Counted from the first letter of the whole stretch, positions 27,344-38,768 are shown. The stretch: 63,976 bases of DNA, filler included, from Thelocarpon superellum (GCA_026025795.1; 3 parts of 3 records of this genome joined end to end with filler, not necessarily neighbours in it), one strand, 5' to 3'. A program made the numbers and translations. The notes: generated by a model from the sequence alone, not told the origin.

Positions 27344-28251
27344 CTAACGCAACAGGCAATACAACACGCTCGCTCTTGAGATGTGAACCACAGCTCCAAT
27401 CTGTCCCTCCGCGACAAGGTTGGCAGGAGTGATCAGGACACATGCAGCTCCAGCCATGGAGTCACTCTCCAATCGACGCGGAAAAGACAGCATCTCCGCC
27501 TCGAACACTTGGGCATCTTCCACCCTCCTAGCGCATTCGAAGTCGATCAGGCAAACGCCCCTGTCTTCCTGGTCCTCCTGCCCAAGCGGCACCCAGAGAT
27601 TACACTTGTTCAGATCCCCGTGCACGACGCCCAGCGCATGTAATCCAGCCACTCCACGCTGACACGCCTCCAGATCTCCGTTTTGCGCAGGCCGGCCACG
27701 AACCTTTCTAGCAAGAAGCCCGCTCCCCTCCCGCCTTTCGTGAGATGACCGAGAAGCCTGGGTGCGATACCCAAGCCGTCGGTCCGCGAGTAGGCTAGCG
27801 TCTCGTTATTGGTGCGTTCGATCTCCCAGGGTAAATTGAGCCAGCTTGACGATCACGGTCGCTCCCTCCGCGACCAGGTCCAGAGATGGGCACGTCGCCT
27901 CGACCACGCTGAAGAGCACCTTCTTGGTGATGGACAGACAGAGGTAGTCGACACGGACTGGATGCCATGTGCGCGTGCTGCTCGAAAAGGCCTTCTGCGA
28001 CGTCCACAGGAAGCAGGGCGCACCAGCTTCCTCGCTCTTGCCGATGTGGCCGAGCTTCCAATCTCCTGGTGGAAGGGGGGGGGCAGTTGGGGGATCAGGC
28101 CGGGCGGGGATCCGAGATCGTCTTCGTCTCATACGTGTGGCGCGATCGAAAGGTAGTTGAAATTTTGATTGTCGACGAGAACGTGATAGAAATTGTCGTC
28201 GGCCGTGTCATCCACGTTCACGTACATGTGGAGAATCTGGATCGTGGACAT
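27344..28251 (-). pseudogene. Degraded fungal kinase-like gene (family often mislabelled 'alpha-galactosidase A')
   Basis: Fragments MSTIQILHMYV...FYHVLVD, PPLPPGDWKLGHIGK, VIVKLAQF/PWEI..NETLAY..GIAPRLLGHL and LHALGVVHGDLNK..LIDFE lie in different frames; in-frame TGA at 28129-28131 and frameshifts near 28105, 27832 and 27700. Confidence 0.8.
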
Positions 28252-28738
28252 TGTGTCAGGATCCTCTAGTGGAGTCGAATGGGAAGGCTCCCTCTGGAGG
28301 AGATAGTTGGAGGTCCCATTCTACGCTCCTACCATCTCTTACTTGCCCTGTACTGCTCGCAGCGAGATGAAAGTGCACAGGACAGCTGGACTTGCTCGGC
28401 GTTCCAAGGTCGAAATGGACCTGGGGCATTGGAAGATGACATAATCAGCGGTTGGTAATGGGAGGCAGCGCAGGAAATGCCGCGTTACGGGTTCCCATAT
28501 ATATAGTATGGGGAAACTCAAGCAGAGTTTTAAGCAGAGTCAATAGTTAGCCTTAATACTATCTTTCGCTGTGCTCCCTCTGCGCAACATGGGGCTCTTG
28601 CTTGTTCCCTCACGTGCTCCTACTGTATCCAAGGGCGATAAGCGCGCGTGCTGGTACCGGCTACGAGCCGGCTAAGAGCCGAGTAGCCCAGTTTTCTGGC
28701 TTTCGGTAGTGCGGCTCCTCCTGACAGGCAGAGCGAAG

Positions 28739-28828
28739 TGTAGGAATCAGAGCTGAATTGCTAATTTACGCGTAGTCGGGATAGTAATAGGAGTGGGCAC
28801 GTGACTAGATCACGTGCGCGCTCCTACA
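28739..28828 (+). mobile_element. 90-bp TG...CA element (mini solo-LTR or MITE-like), copy 1
   Basis: TGTAGGA...TCCTACA termini, flanked by the 4-bp direct repeat GAAG; 87/90 identical to copy 2. Confidence 0.9.
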
Positions 28829-28920
28829 GAAGTAAGTTTCGGTGCACAAACAGGCATGAAAGCAAAGTTGCACTCAAGAACGACTTGTGATCTCGTTCTA
28901 CTCCACCAGATGAACGAAAG

Positions 28921-29766
28921 CTACACCACGACATACGCCACTCCCGCAATCGAATCGCTCTTCAATCGGCGCAGGAGCTGGTGCAACAACTTCTCTTCCA
29001 TCACTCGAGTAATACCCATCTTCGTGGCGCATCTGGCCCCACATGACCATCGTCCACTACCTTGATTAGCCGGTACCAGACAGCCATCAGCGCCCTCGAC
29101 CTGACACGGCGGTTCGACGTAGTTGAAGCAGCAGTAAGCGACTGGGCTCGGGTTCACTTCGGTCGGCACGCAGTCCGCCGGAGTCGAGGGCACCGCCACC
29201 GCCAATCTCCACACGTTCGGCCCCGCAGGACAGGCGCGCCAGTCCAGCGTTTGGCCTGCAGCGTCCTTAAAGTAGAGCTCACCGTAGTGGCCGCCGTTGT
29301 AGTGATTTGCGGCTGTTGGGGTCGGGTTCGTCGCGGGTACGTATGAGAAGCCGTCGCTCGCGGGCGACGTGCCGTAGGATACCTCGCCGGAGGTGCTGTC
29401 GACGTTCAGTGCGTACCCCTCGAGCGAGACCTTGCCGTCTTCGACCTACGTCACGTCAGAGAATGGCCGTCAAGCTGCTCGCACCGACACGTCACCCACC
29501 AGATGGCATGTCCCTTGAGCGTCGACTTGTAGCGCCGACTGGCCGTATTGCAGGCATCGTCCATCGTCGGAGTTACAGGAGATGTTGGCCGGGAGGCCGA
29601 TGAACAGACCACCGTCCGTCGCGGCGATGAGCTGGTTCGTCAGGTCCGCACTTGCATTCCGAGTGGACATGGTAAAGGCCATGTTGGGATTGGAGATGGA
29701 GCTCTGCGCCACGCATGGGCCGAGTAGTGAGCCCGTGAGGGACAGAGCGAAGATGAGAGACTGCAT
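28921..29766 (-). CDS. Secreted Cys-containing protein, PhiA/IgE-binding cell-wall-protein-like
   Basis: Signal peptide MQSLIFALSLTGSLLGPCVA; intron 29446-29499 joins in frame to VEDGK...WRACP...DC. The 3' end is uncertain and the family call is from motif resemblance only. Confidence 0.65.
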
Positions 29767-30492
29767 CGTGACCGGCCAGAGGAAGAAAGGTGGGGTTGGA
29801 GTGCACAACTCCAGGGGCTCAACGAGCCTTTTGTCCTTGAGAGCTTCTCGGAAACGGAAGGCCATGGCCGATCAAGCATGTCACTTGCATATGATCTAAT
29901 CTGGGCGCATACATGGTATGCGGCTTGTGTATAGGAGAATACCTGCCTGTCTATAAGCTCCTGTGGCTGTAGCTGAGAGCAATCGCCCAATGCAACTGGA
30001 ATCGGATACGACTTGACATCAGGCCTCGGTGGTCCTCGAGTGGGACAGGAAGCTGAGAATCCTTCGTCCACATGGCGGTATGGCAGAACACCACAGGCAT
30101 TTTTCTGCTATGCTATGGTTGTACTGGAGCACTCAGGTGTGCCTACCGGATCGGACATGAGATATAACTTGCTCCCAGTCAATATCGATGTGCGCGAGCT
30201 CTAACGTCTCTCCTAAGCGTGGGCTCACGTCCGAAGCGCCTTGCCGGATTGGGAGATCTCCACGAGCGAACCGACAGCAAGCTACGCGAGCAGCTATACA
30301 TAACTTGCCACGAGTATGTATAGTCCAATCCATGTCGTGTCACCGGGATATGCAGAAGATATGCACGCTCCTTGGCTGCTTCCTGTATCGGCCTCGACCA
30401 ATCTTCCTCTCGCAGCCTCTTTTCTTTGTTTGAATCGCGATGCTTCACCGGGGCATACATGCAGGGAGGACGTCGAACATTCAGCAAGCCGA

Positions 30493-31653
30493 TCAATACA
30501 GTCGCGAAATCCCCGTCGTTCTCGTGCTTCGCAGTTGACAAGTACTCTCGGAACGATCGAGAAATAGACTGCATGGTGATTCTTCGATATCTGAATGATC
30601 ATCCCCGCCGGTATACCATTCCTCATCGATGAGGGTCCGCTCTATGTTTGTCCAGTATTGGACCTTGCTCGAGACCGGTGCTTTGAGGTCGAGGTCTCCA
30701 ATTCGCGCATCAATCACATCACCTGTCGAGGTGATCTAGGCAGACGAGTCAGTCGAGGCGCTCCGCATGGACGCAGAGGGCACAACCTTGATGAACATAG
30801 TGCAGTCCCGAAGGGTGGTGGCGAGGCGGATGGCTTCTGACGTGGGATCAGACTCGAATATCCCACGTCGATCGTGCTGCTCCTGCAGCCTCTGTAGCCG
30901 GGGAAGCAGGGGGTACACGAGAAGAAACGAGGTTAACGGATCCGTCAGCGTCTCTGGATTCGGCCGTGTATGCCGGTTCCGCACAAGAATCAGGCGGACA
31001 GCTCGTTGCACTTTTTTTTCGTCGGTCGAGACCAGATCCAGAGGGCAAAATGAAGACTCCGTCGCCTCACCCCGGAGACGCCGAGCCGCGTTGCGTTGCG
31101 CTCTTAACGCACAGGTCCGGCAGCGATTGGCCGCCCGAGGGGCGGTTGGGGACTGAGCGAGCCATTTTGGTTTGAATTCCACCAGCAACTCGCCCCTAGC
31201 TTGATCTGAAGTCATGTCCGTAATCATGAGACCAAATTGTTCGTCTTCCGCAAGATAAGCTCCTCGTCGATCTGATCTCCGTCGTCCTTCTTGCTCGTCA
31301 GTCCGTAGCATGGCGTTACATCGGCGTAGCATGCCCTCCGGCAGCTCTACCAATTGCTGGTCGACCAGTTCTTCGCTCGGAAACAACGGAGCTATCGAAG
31401 TCCGAAAGCTGGATGCAGACTTTGCCACAGAAACCGTCGAGGGCAATTCCTTGCGTAGCCGAAGGAGCCGCCCTTGAAAGCGCTGGGCCCTGATTGCCAC
31501 GGATTTCTCGGGAGCAATCTTTTCCGAACCATCAGAGGGTACACAAAAGCGGTACACGACGTTTGCTGCGCCTTCAGCTAAGAATTGGACGTTGGTGGTG
31601 TCGGGGAGTCGCAGGATCGGTCCTTCCCCAGCCAGATTCATCGTAGGCCACAT
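30493..31653 (-). CDS. IPK1: Inositol-pentakisphosphate 2-kinase
   Basis: LAEGAANVVY, VEFKPKWL, CRTCAL, FCPLDL and TLRDCT; intron 30736-30786 leads to ARIGDLDLK. Confidence 0.9.
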
Positions 31654-32157
31654 AAGAATGGTGTGGAATGCGCCAAGACGGTGGAAGACTCCAAGTCATG
31701 TGGAACGCGTATAGACAAGCCTCGGGATAGCGTAGATAGACCGATATTTCGACATGTAGTTAGTCAAGTTGGTTCATGGGGATGAACTCCGACTTTCTTG
31801 GCTGGTTTGGCATTCCAGCTTTGTGTTAGGGCAGTGGCGGGGTGTGATGTCGCCGGGACTACCAGCAACACCAAATATAGCCGGGCCCCTCCCTACTCTC
31901 ACCGCGTAGCACATGTTGCTGGGGCGCTCCCTGATCTGAGAGTCAACGTTAGCCCATTACTTGGGGGCCTCCCGGAATCTGACCCAAGTGGTTGACATCG
32001 TACCAAGCGTCCATCAAAATTGCGGAGCCATACAGACCTTCTATCCTGCCCCGCCTTGAGTCTTGAGGCTCGACCGCCGCGAAACAAACAGAGCACGGAC
32101 AAAGCTACAGGACATAAAGTGCCAGGACAGTGGCTTCTAATCCATTGTCAAGTGGCA

Positions 32158-32731
32158 ATGCCGACACCGGCTACGAGTGAGAGCGTGCACCCTGGTGACG
32201 GACCCGCCTCGACCCATTCTTCCACCCCAGAGGCGTGTGTGGCGGACTTTTGCTTGATTCCCGTATGTCATGACCCATGGACTCTATCGGACTTCTTGTG
32301 GCTTTCGATAGCGAATCCTTCATCGGACCCATGTATTGAGCCAGACAAGATAGGAACACCGACTGCCTCAGTCTCGCAGCAAATCGCTGAAGTGCAACGA
32401 TTGATGAAAAGAAGCGGCTTGGAGTATTCGATGCACTCCGCCGGAACAACCGTTGGTAGGCGCACACGCGGTTATTCCCCCGTGATCCGCTAACGCGTCA
32501 ACCAGAGGGTTCATGGGAGGAGGTGATGGCCGTCATCGGCCAGGCACACTCGCTGCTTCATGAACAGGGTATCCTTCGAATACAGAGTGACATTCGTGTC
32601 GGATCCCGGTGCGTTCCACGGTATAGCTCATCACCACTGGTGTCTAAGAGACTTGCAGGATCGATAAGCAGCAGTCCTTTCATGACAAAGTGACGGCAGT
32701 AGAGAAGATCCTGGCCAAAGATGCTAGCTAG
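32158..32731 (+). CDS. ECM15: Thiamine-binding (UPF0045/DUF77) protein, Ecm15-like
   Basis: CVADFCLIP|IGT..SVS..IAEVQRL..MHSAGTTV|EGSWEEVM..IGQAH..RIQSDIRVGSR|IDKQQ; introns 32263-32349, 32456-32505, 32609-32658. Confidence 0.88.
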
Positions 32732-33342
32732 ACGCTTCCTTCTGGGTCATTACGTGTCACTTCAAAGAGTTCCTCGGCCAAATTCTTGATCTCTGAATCT
32801 TCGATCTTCCCTAGAGCCTCTTTGATCTTGGCCATCGTCTCCGTGGACACTCCGGCCGGTGAACGACTGTAGATATCGACGCCCGCCGGCGTGAAGATGG
32901 TGCTCGCAAAATAGGTAACGACCCAATCCTCGGACGCCTCCTTGACCGGCCCATCTGTCGTGCCATCTCCCGCACCGCCATATCCTAAGATCTCCCAATG
33001 TGAAGATGCAATCTTTAACCAACCAGTGCCCCGCCAATCCCAGGCGCCCGCCGTGGTCGGACTGGCCACATCGATGCCGTGGATCGACTTGACTTTGTTG
33101 GAGTTCAGCGGCTGGTAGTAAACAGTGTCATCGAGCCGCTCGAGCGCCGGTTGGGTACCGCTGACGGAGGGCGACGGGAGGATGACGTAGGTGATGCGGA
33201 CGTTTCGTTTGGTCTGCCACATGGGCAGCGTCGAGTGGGTGACGTGCCATGTTCCTTGCAACCATTTCGTGGGCGGAGGCTCAAAGGCGACGGAAGGAGC
33301 TTGGGATTGACTTGGGCTGCGAAGGCTGACGGTCGCTGTCAT
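32728..33342 (-). CDS. Conserved fungal lipocalin-like protein
   Basis: Intronless 204-aa ORF with LQGTWHVTHSTLPMW, WDWRGTGWLKIASSHWEILG and FTPAGVDIYSR. Confidence 0.8.
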   Translation of the reverse strand: MTATVSLRSPSQSQAPSVAFEPPPTKWLQGTWHVTHSTLPMWQTKRNVRITYVILPSPSVSGTQPALERLDDTVYYQPLNSNKVKSIHGIDVASPTTAGAWDWRGTGWLKIASSHWEILGYGGAGDGTTDGPVKEASEDWVVTYFASTIFTPAGVDIYSRSPAGVSTETMAKIKEALGKIEDSEIKNLAEELFEVTRNDPEGSV

Positions 33343-33541
33343 CGTCGAAGGGAGGGGAGCTCAGATGTCGTGGGTGACACCGACAAAGATGGAGAGTCGT
33401 AAGTGTCGGGTCAGTTCTAGTAAGGTTGACCTCGCTCGTCGCGACGACCGAATCGACCTCCAGTGATGATGAGCTCACTACAAGTTGACAGGGAAGCTCC
33501 ATCGCTCCATTTGCCAGTCAAGGTCCAGAGCTTTGTATCTA

Positions 33542-35053
33542 TCATGAATGCTTCCGTACGTGATACCCCACGCCATCCTCGCCATCCACCCAGGATACGC
33601 CAATCAACCGTTCAAGTGCGCAAAGATGGTCTTCAGGTCCATCCTTGCTCCAGCCTATCACGGCTTTATCCCAAATTTCCTTCACGCTTCTGCTGTTTGG
33701 CCCTTGCGTGGGCCACAGGTGATCCCATCCATGCATCATTCCCTCCGGCTCGTTAGCCCTGCACACCTGCATGACTTCTTTCGCGCGAGAACGATCAATG
33801 GTCCCCACAAGAGCACGTTGGTAAGTCTCGACGACCTGTCTTGTTGCTGCCTTCTCCGCTCTTTCCTCATCCGCATTGGTCAAATCCGCATCCGTGCTCC
33901 CTGACTGAAGGGCCGCGGAGTGGTCGCGCTGATGGGACTCGATCAATGCCGGCCCTGAGGAGCCCATTTGCCAAGCCTTATAGCGCAGCCAGCTCTGCCA
34001 GATTGACTCAAAAGCACCGAGCTGTCGCAAGGCCTCCACGTACGACATGACCATTTCCGGGCGGTCCAAGCGGACGAGCGAGGCAACGCTCACTTTAGGC
34101 AGCTCCCCCACGCCACCTACACCAGAGGTCTTCCACCCAGTGAGGAGCTCGAGTGCGTCCCGTCGCTGCCAGGCCCCAAATCGCACACCATTCGTCGACC
34201 GCTGGCGAGAAAACTCGACGAGGCTAGCAGCAGCCCTCGTCACGTCGGAGTCCTGCACGTCGTACGCCATGTCGTAGATCTCGTCGATGCATCGCCTCAT
34301 GGTTGCTGTGGATTGGGTTTTGGCAGCGAGCTCGATCCCAGTGATGCAAAGCTCTCTACCAAGTGGAATCTGATGGCGACGGAGAGCTCCGGAAACGACA
34401 TTGAAGGCAAGCGTGGCCTTCTGTTCCGAAGCGTCAGGTTGGGGCTGCCGTAAGGCCAGGGCTAATCCTCCAGTGTCTCTCCGAATTGCCTGGCGACCTC
34501 TTTGAGTTTGCACGGTCTGATGAACAGCAGCGATCAACGAGTCGAGTTTCTTGGCATGATGACGAGCCGCGGGCGAGGTGGGCGATGGTGTTGCGTGATG
34601 ACCCAGCTCATTGTCCTGGGGCGCTGGTCTGCCTCGGCCAGAATCAGTGGATTTCATGACAGCATTTCGGCTGAAGATTGCTGGCGACCTCCTCCGCGGC
34701 AGTATATTTGTGACATCTTCACCCAAAAGGGCTTGCCGTAGGAGCGTCGTAGCCTCGCGGGGTCCGACACGGTTGAACGCTTCCCGGACCACGGCGGTAG
34801 GAGGACCGACCGTCAGTTTCGAGACCATGGCTTTACTGAAAGAGCTGTGATGGAGGGTCCCCCGGTCAGAGGGAAGCAGTCCGGCTCCTTCCGCAGAGTT
34901 TCTGCATCGGAAGCCAGGTTGAAACTCGAAATCGTCGCTGTGCAAGAACGCCAGATCAAGCTCTACCGCCGACCGCGAAATCTTGGGTCCTTGGCGTGAA
35001 GCGATTGTGAGTTGGGCGACTTTCGCTGTGGTCTCGGCCAGCCCTCCAAGCAC
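33542..35053 (-). CDS. Uncharacterised protein (start codon uncertain)
   Basis: Single open frame of about 500 codons inside a compact gene cluster; no motif recognised; the first in-frame ATG is near 34828. Confidence 0.6.
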   Translation of the reverse strand: MLGGLAETTAKVAQLTIASRQGPKISRSAVELDLAFLHSDDFEFQPGFRCRNSAEGAGLLPSDRGTLHHSSFSKAMVSKLTVGPPTAVVREAFNRVGPREATTLLRQALLGEDVTNILPRRRSPAIFSRNAVMKSTDSGRGRPAPQDNELGHHATPSPTSPAARHHAKKLDSLIAAVHQTVQTQRGRQAIRRDTGGLALALRQPQPDASEQKATLAFNVVSGALRRHQIPLGRELCITGIELAAKTQSTATMRRCIDEIYDMAYDVQDSDVTRAAASLVEFSRQRSTNGVRFGAWQRRDALELLTGWKTSGVGGVGELPKVSVASLVRLDRPEMVMSYVEALRQLGAFESIWQSWLRYKAWQMGSSGPALIESHQRDHSAALQSGSTDADLTNADEERAEKAATRQVVETYQRALVGTIDRSRAKEVMQVCRANEPEGMMHGWDHLWPTQGPNSRSVKEIWDKAVIGWSKDGPEDHLCALERLIGVSWVDGEDGVGYHVRKHS

Positions 35054-35116
35054 CGCTCACTGGAGGCCGAGCTTATGTCATCCATCAGCGATTCCCGAGG
35101 GTCCCTAACATACTTG

Positions 35117-35206
35117 TGTAGGAATCAGAGCTGAATTGCTAATCTACGCGTAGTCGGGAAAGTAATAGGAGTGGGCACGTGACCAGATCACGTGCGCGCT
35201 CCTACA
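35117..35206 (+). mobile_element. 90-bp TG...CA element, copy 2
   Basis: TGTAGGA...TCCTACA termini, flanked by the 4-bp direct repeat CTTG; lies between divergent genes. Confidence 0.9.
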
Positions 35207-35368
35207 CTTGTAGGTGGGAAGAACTCAAGATGCCAAGGTAACATAGCCAAATGATACAACACCCAGAAGTCAACTTCAACATCAAGACGGCCACGACACA
35301 CGATCTTGTCAGCTTCGAGACAAGAGGGGTTTCACGCACCAATCTCATATATTCGAGTCGAAGCCACG

Positions 35369-36279
35369 ATGGGCTCGGAAGTGGAATCTCCGGATATGGA
35401 ACCAGAGGCGAGTCAAGCCACGCCCGTCGATGGCGGCAGCAAAGCGCGCGAACGACTCGAGAAGTTCAAGGCACTTCAGGCACGAGCGGTCAGTGGAGTA
35501 TGCGATATCTTGGATCTCACTGATCTGATCCGGCCGTCACAGAAGAAAGCGTCGGAACGAAACATGAAGGACGCCGCCGCCGAAACCCAACGTCTGGCCA
35601 CAGATCCGAATCTCCTCTCGGCCCTCAACCGCAAGTCGCAGGCCGCCTCGCAAAAGCTGTTGAAGGACGATACGGCAGCGGCGGGAGAGGACTTTGAACG
35701 CAAGCGGGCGTGGGACTGGACGGTCGAAGAGTCGGAGAAGTGGGACAAGCGCATGGCCAAGAAGGAGCGCCATCGGGAGGAAGTTGCCTTTCAGGATTAC
35801 CGACAGGAGTCGCGCAAGGTCTACAAGCGGCAGCTACGTGAGCTGAAACCCGACCTGGAACGCTACGACAAGGAGAAGGCGGTGGCCGTGCAAAAAGCCG
35901 CGGCCAAGGGGACCTTGGAGATCGTCGAGACCGACGACGGTGATCTTGTGGCCGTGGATAAGGATGGCAGCTTCTATTCCACTGTCGACAGCACCGATTT
36001 TGTCGAGAGCAAGCCGGATCGGGCGGCCGTGGATCGTCTCGTGACAGACCTTCACAAGGCCGAGGAGACGCGACTGAAGAAACGGAAGGCGCGGGGCATC
36101 ACCGACGACGATGGCGACACCACGTATATCAACGCCGCGAATCAGCAATTCAACAAGCGCCTGGCTCGTGCCTACGACAAGGTAAGATTCATCGCGATGA
36201 GGTCCCACAGGTGTCTGACCACGGTGAACAGTACACGGTTGAAGTGCGCGACAGCTTCGAACGAGGCACGGCGATTTGA
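35369..36279 (+). CDS. SYF2: Pre-mRNA splicing factor Syf2 (NTC)
   Basis: GEDFERKRAWDWTVEESEKWD, TYINAANQQFNKRL and YTVEVRDSFERGT; introns 35489-35542 and 36182-36231. Confidence 0.93.
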
Positions 36280-36389
36280 GGGCGGAGCGAAGATGACCCG
36301 CTACATTGCATGGGACCTTGACACAACATTTGCGACGACGTTGATCCGTGAACAGACGTGCATAGCGATGATGAGTTGACGCTCTATCA

Positions 36390-37467
36390 TTACAGCATCC
36401 CTCTCCGCCATGCTCGCTGGGCGAGTTCCTCGATTTCGCCTACTTCGACCGGCCCCTTGACCGACGCGTCCTCGAGGGCTTCAACAATCGCCTCGCCCAC
36501 CAGGTCAGCCTTCTGTGGCTTGATCCCGCCAGCGCCCATGAGCCACGTCAGCCGACCGCCAGTCGTCGAGTTGATCATGGCGCTGACGGAGCCGAGAGCG
36601 GCGATGGGCATCGTGAAAGAGCGAGAGGAGTCGTACAGGAAGGCGGGTCGGAAGAAAATGTTGCGGAGGGAGGGAAAAGACGAGGCGATGGTGGACTCGG
36701 CCTCACGTTTGCTGGTGATGTACCGCCGCGGGAGGATAGGTGCTCCGCCAGCCGCCGAGACGTAGAGGAACGTGGGCACTTTTTCGCGCGCTGCCTCCTG
36801 CGCGAGAGTGATGGCTAGCCGTGATGTTAGTTCTCACTCTCGCGACCCATGGTTGACATGGACTACCTGTATCTCGATTCATCAATTCATACGTGAGCTG
36901 TCCATCTTTCTCCTGCGGCTTCAGATCTTCGCCTGGTTTACGCTCCAGAGGGTTCTGGCTTCCTCCCTTGGTAGTACTGAAGGCTCTCTGCAGACCACTG
37001 TAGATGGATTCTCTCCCTTGAAGGACCCCTTTGTAATCGGCCTCAAGGAGAATGCCCATGGAATGTACGACCGCATCGGCCCCTTTGAGTGAGTTTTGGT
37101 AGGTGAGAGGTTTAAGGATGTCCGCCTTCTCCCAGCTGACCGCTTTGGACCATGGCGGAGGGGTCGATGATGAGGTGACGGTGGACCACGCCGGCTCTCC
37201 GGACCGACTGATCCAGGATTTTGTCAGCTATGAGCGTCAAGTCGGGATCAGAACGGCCCACCTCACGGATGTCACGTCCCATCCCCGAGCCACGGCGGAC
37301 TTGCATATTCTCGATCCTGCCAACAATAATGGCGTTAGAATGGATGGGCCGCTTCATCGAGTGTTGTCGAGCGGGTATGGAACACTGGGAGTGCACTTGC
37401 CTAGAAAGCCACTACCACCACAGACAACAATCCTTTTCTTCGCCGCCGTTGCCACTCCGTTTGCCAT
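36390..37467 (-). CDS. NAD(P)-binding atypical SDR/epimerase, Coq11 (YLR290C)-like
   Basis: KRIVVCGGSGFLG|SRICKSAVARGWDVTSVS|RSGEP, VHSMGILLEADYK and RYITSKREAE; introns 37317-37400 (GC-AG), 37208-37261, 36815-36866. Confidence 0.85.
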
Positions 37468-37828
37468 TGCGCGGATTGTGAAGAAGAGCTACATCCAATG
37501 GACATCGCGGTCCTCTGTCCGAAGCTTCGAGCTTGAAGGCCCTCCTTCAGTAGTCGTGACATAATCGCGCATATGAGCTTTTGGCCAATCACCGTCGGTT
37601 ACGTGAAACGACCTGAGCATCGCCAAACGCACCCAATTCTCCTGATCAGAGGTTATGGTGAATAGCCTCCAACCCGTGGCCCCACCAGCGTGCTTATAGG
37701 CGGTTTCTCCCTGCGGACCATGGACGCAACGTGGATGACCTAGCTCCAAGAGATTTGGTCGTCATCGTCCTTCTACCGAGTCCGTTGTCAACCTCCACCG
37801 GCAAGTACGCGGTCCCCACATTGCCGTC

Positions 37829-38768
37829 ATGCCTGCGGCGGGAGGCCACAAGCGCGTCAAGGTGCGTGCCCTCGGCTCTACCTTGGCCTCATGTGTCTCT
37901 ACTCTAATGCGTGCGAGAGTAGGGCATCTCAATCTTCCGGCCTTTCGGTAAGCATTCGGGCCGTCTTCTGCCTCGCGCAGGCGCTGACGCATTCCAGTTT
38001 TCGGGAACACAACCGAGCACATCGATCCCAACAACCGTCCGGCAGATCTAGACAAAGATCATACCCATCGGTGGAAGCTGTTTGTCAAGGGCGTGGACGA
38101 TGAAGACATTTCATATTGGCTCAAAAAGGTCCAGTTCAAGCTACACGACTCATATCACAACTCCTTACGAAGTACGTCCCCCGTCGATTGGGCTGGCCGG
38201 CAAAGCTGACATGGATGGTGTGCTAGCTATAGAACAGGCTCCATTTGAGGTCAATGAGACGGGTTGGGGTGAGTTCGATGTCGCCATCAAGCTCTACTTC
38301 GTGCCCGAGTCAGGCGAGAAGCCGCAGACGGTATGGCATACGCTCAAGATCCATCCCTATGGACCCGACGCCGAGATGCAGCGGCTGGAGAAGCGGCGGA
38401 TCGTGTCGCAGAACTACGAAGAGGTTCTCTTCAACGAGCCCGTCGAGCCATTCTACGAGATCTTGACCGGCGGGGCCGAGAAGGGCGGTAAAGGCGGCAA
38501 GGGCGGCAAGGGCAAGTCGGCGGGGAAGGGGGGCTCAAAACAAGCGGCCATGGCCCGCGCCGGTCGCCGGACAGCCGAGATCCCGTCGCGCGAGACGCGT
38601 GACAACCCGTACAGTAAAGAGACGGAGGGGAAAGAACTTGATCGGATGAAGGAAGCGCAGCGAAAAGTGCACGAGATGATCTCGCGAGAGAAAGAGAGCC
38701 TGGCGAGCAAGGAAGCCAAGTTAGAGCACCTACGGAAGACGGAGGGGCTATTCCCGAAGAAAAAGTAG
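37829..38768 (+). CDS. YAF9: YEATS-domain subunit of NuA4/SWR1
   Basis: [37 protein letters not shown] and [12 protein letters not shown], with a C-terminal coiled coil; introns 37862-37922, 37948-37997, 38172-38226. Confidence 0.93.

Noticed and set aside
30179..30574. 131-aa minus-strand ORF overlapping the IPK1 3' end
   Set aside because: No recognisable domain or splice context; compatible with chance.
32263..32349. TPP riboswitch in an intron of the thiamine-binding ECM15-like gene
   Set aside because: The conserved TPP aptamer elements (CTGAGA and the CCTGA-like junction) are not visible in its introns.
21499..37467. COQ9 and COQ11-like genes as a ubiquinone cluster
   Set aside because: They lie on different contigs separated by an artificial spacer, so there is no evidence of linkage.
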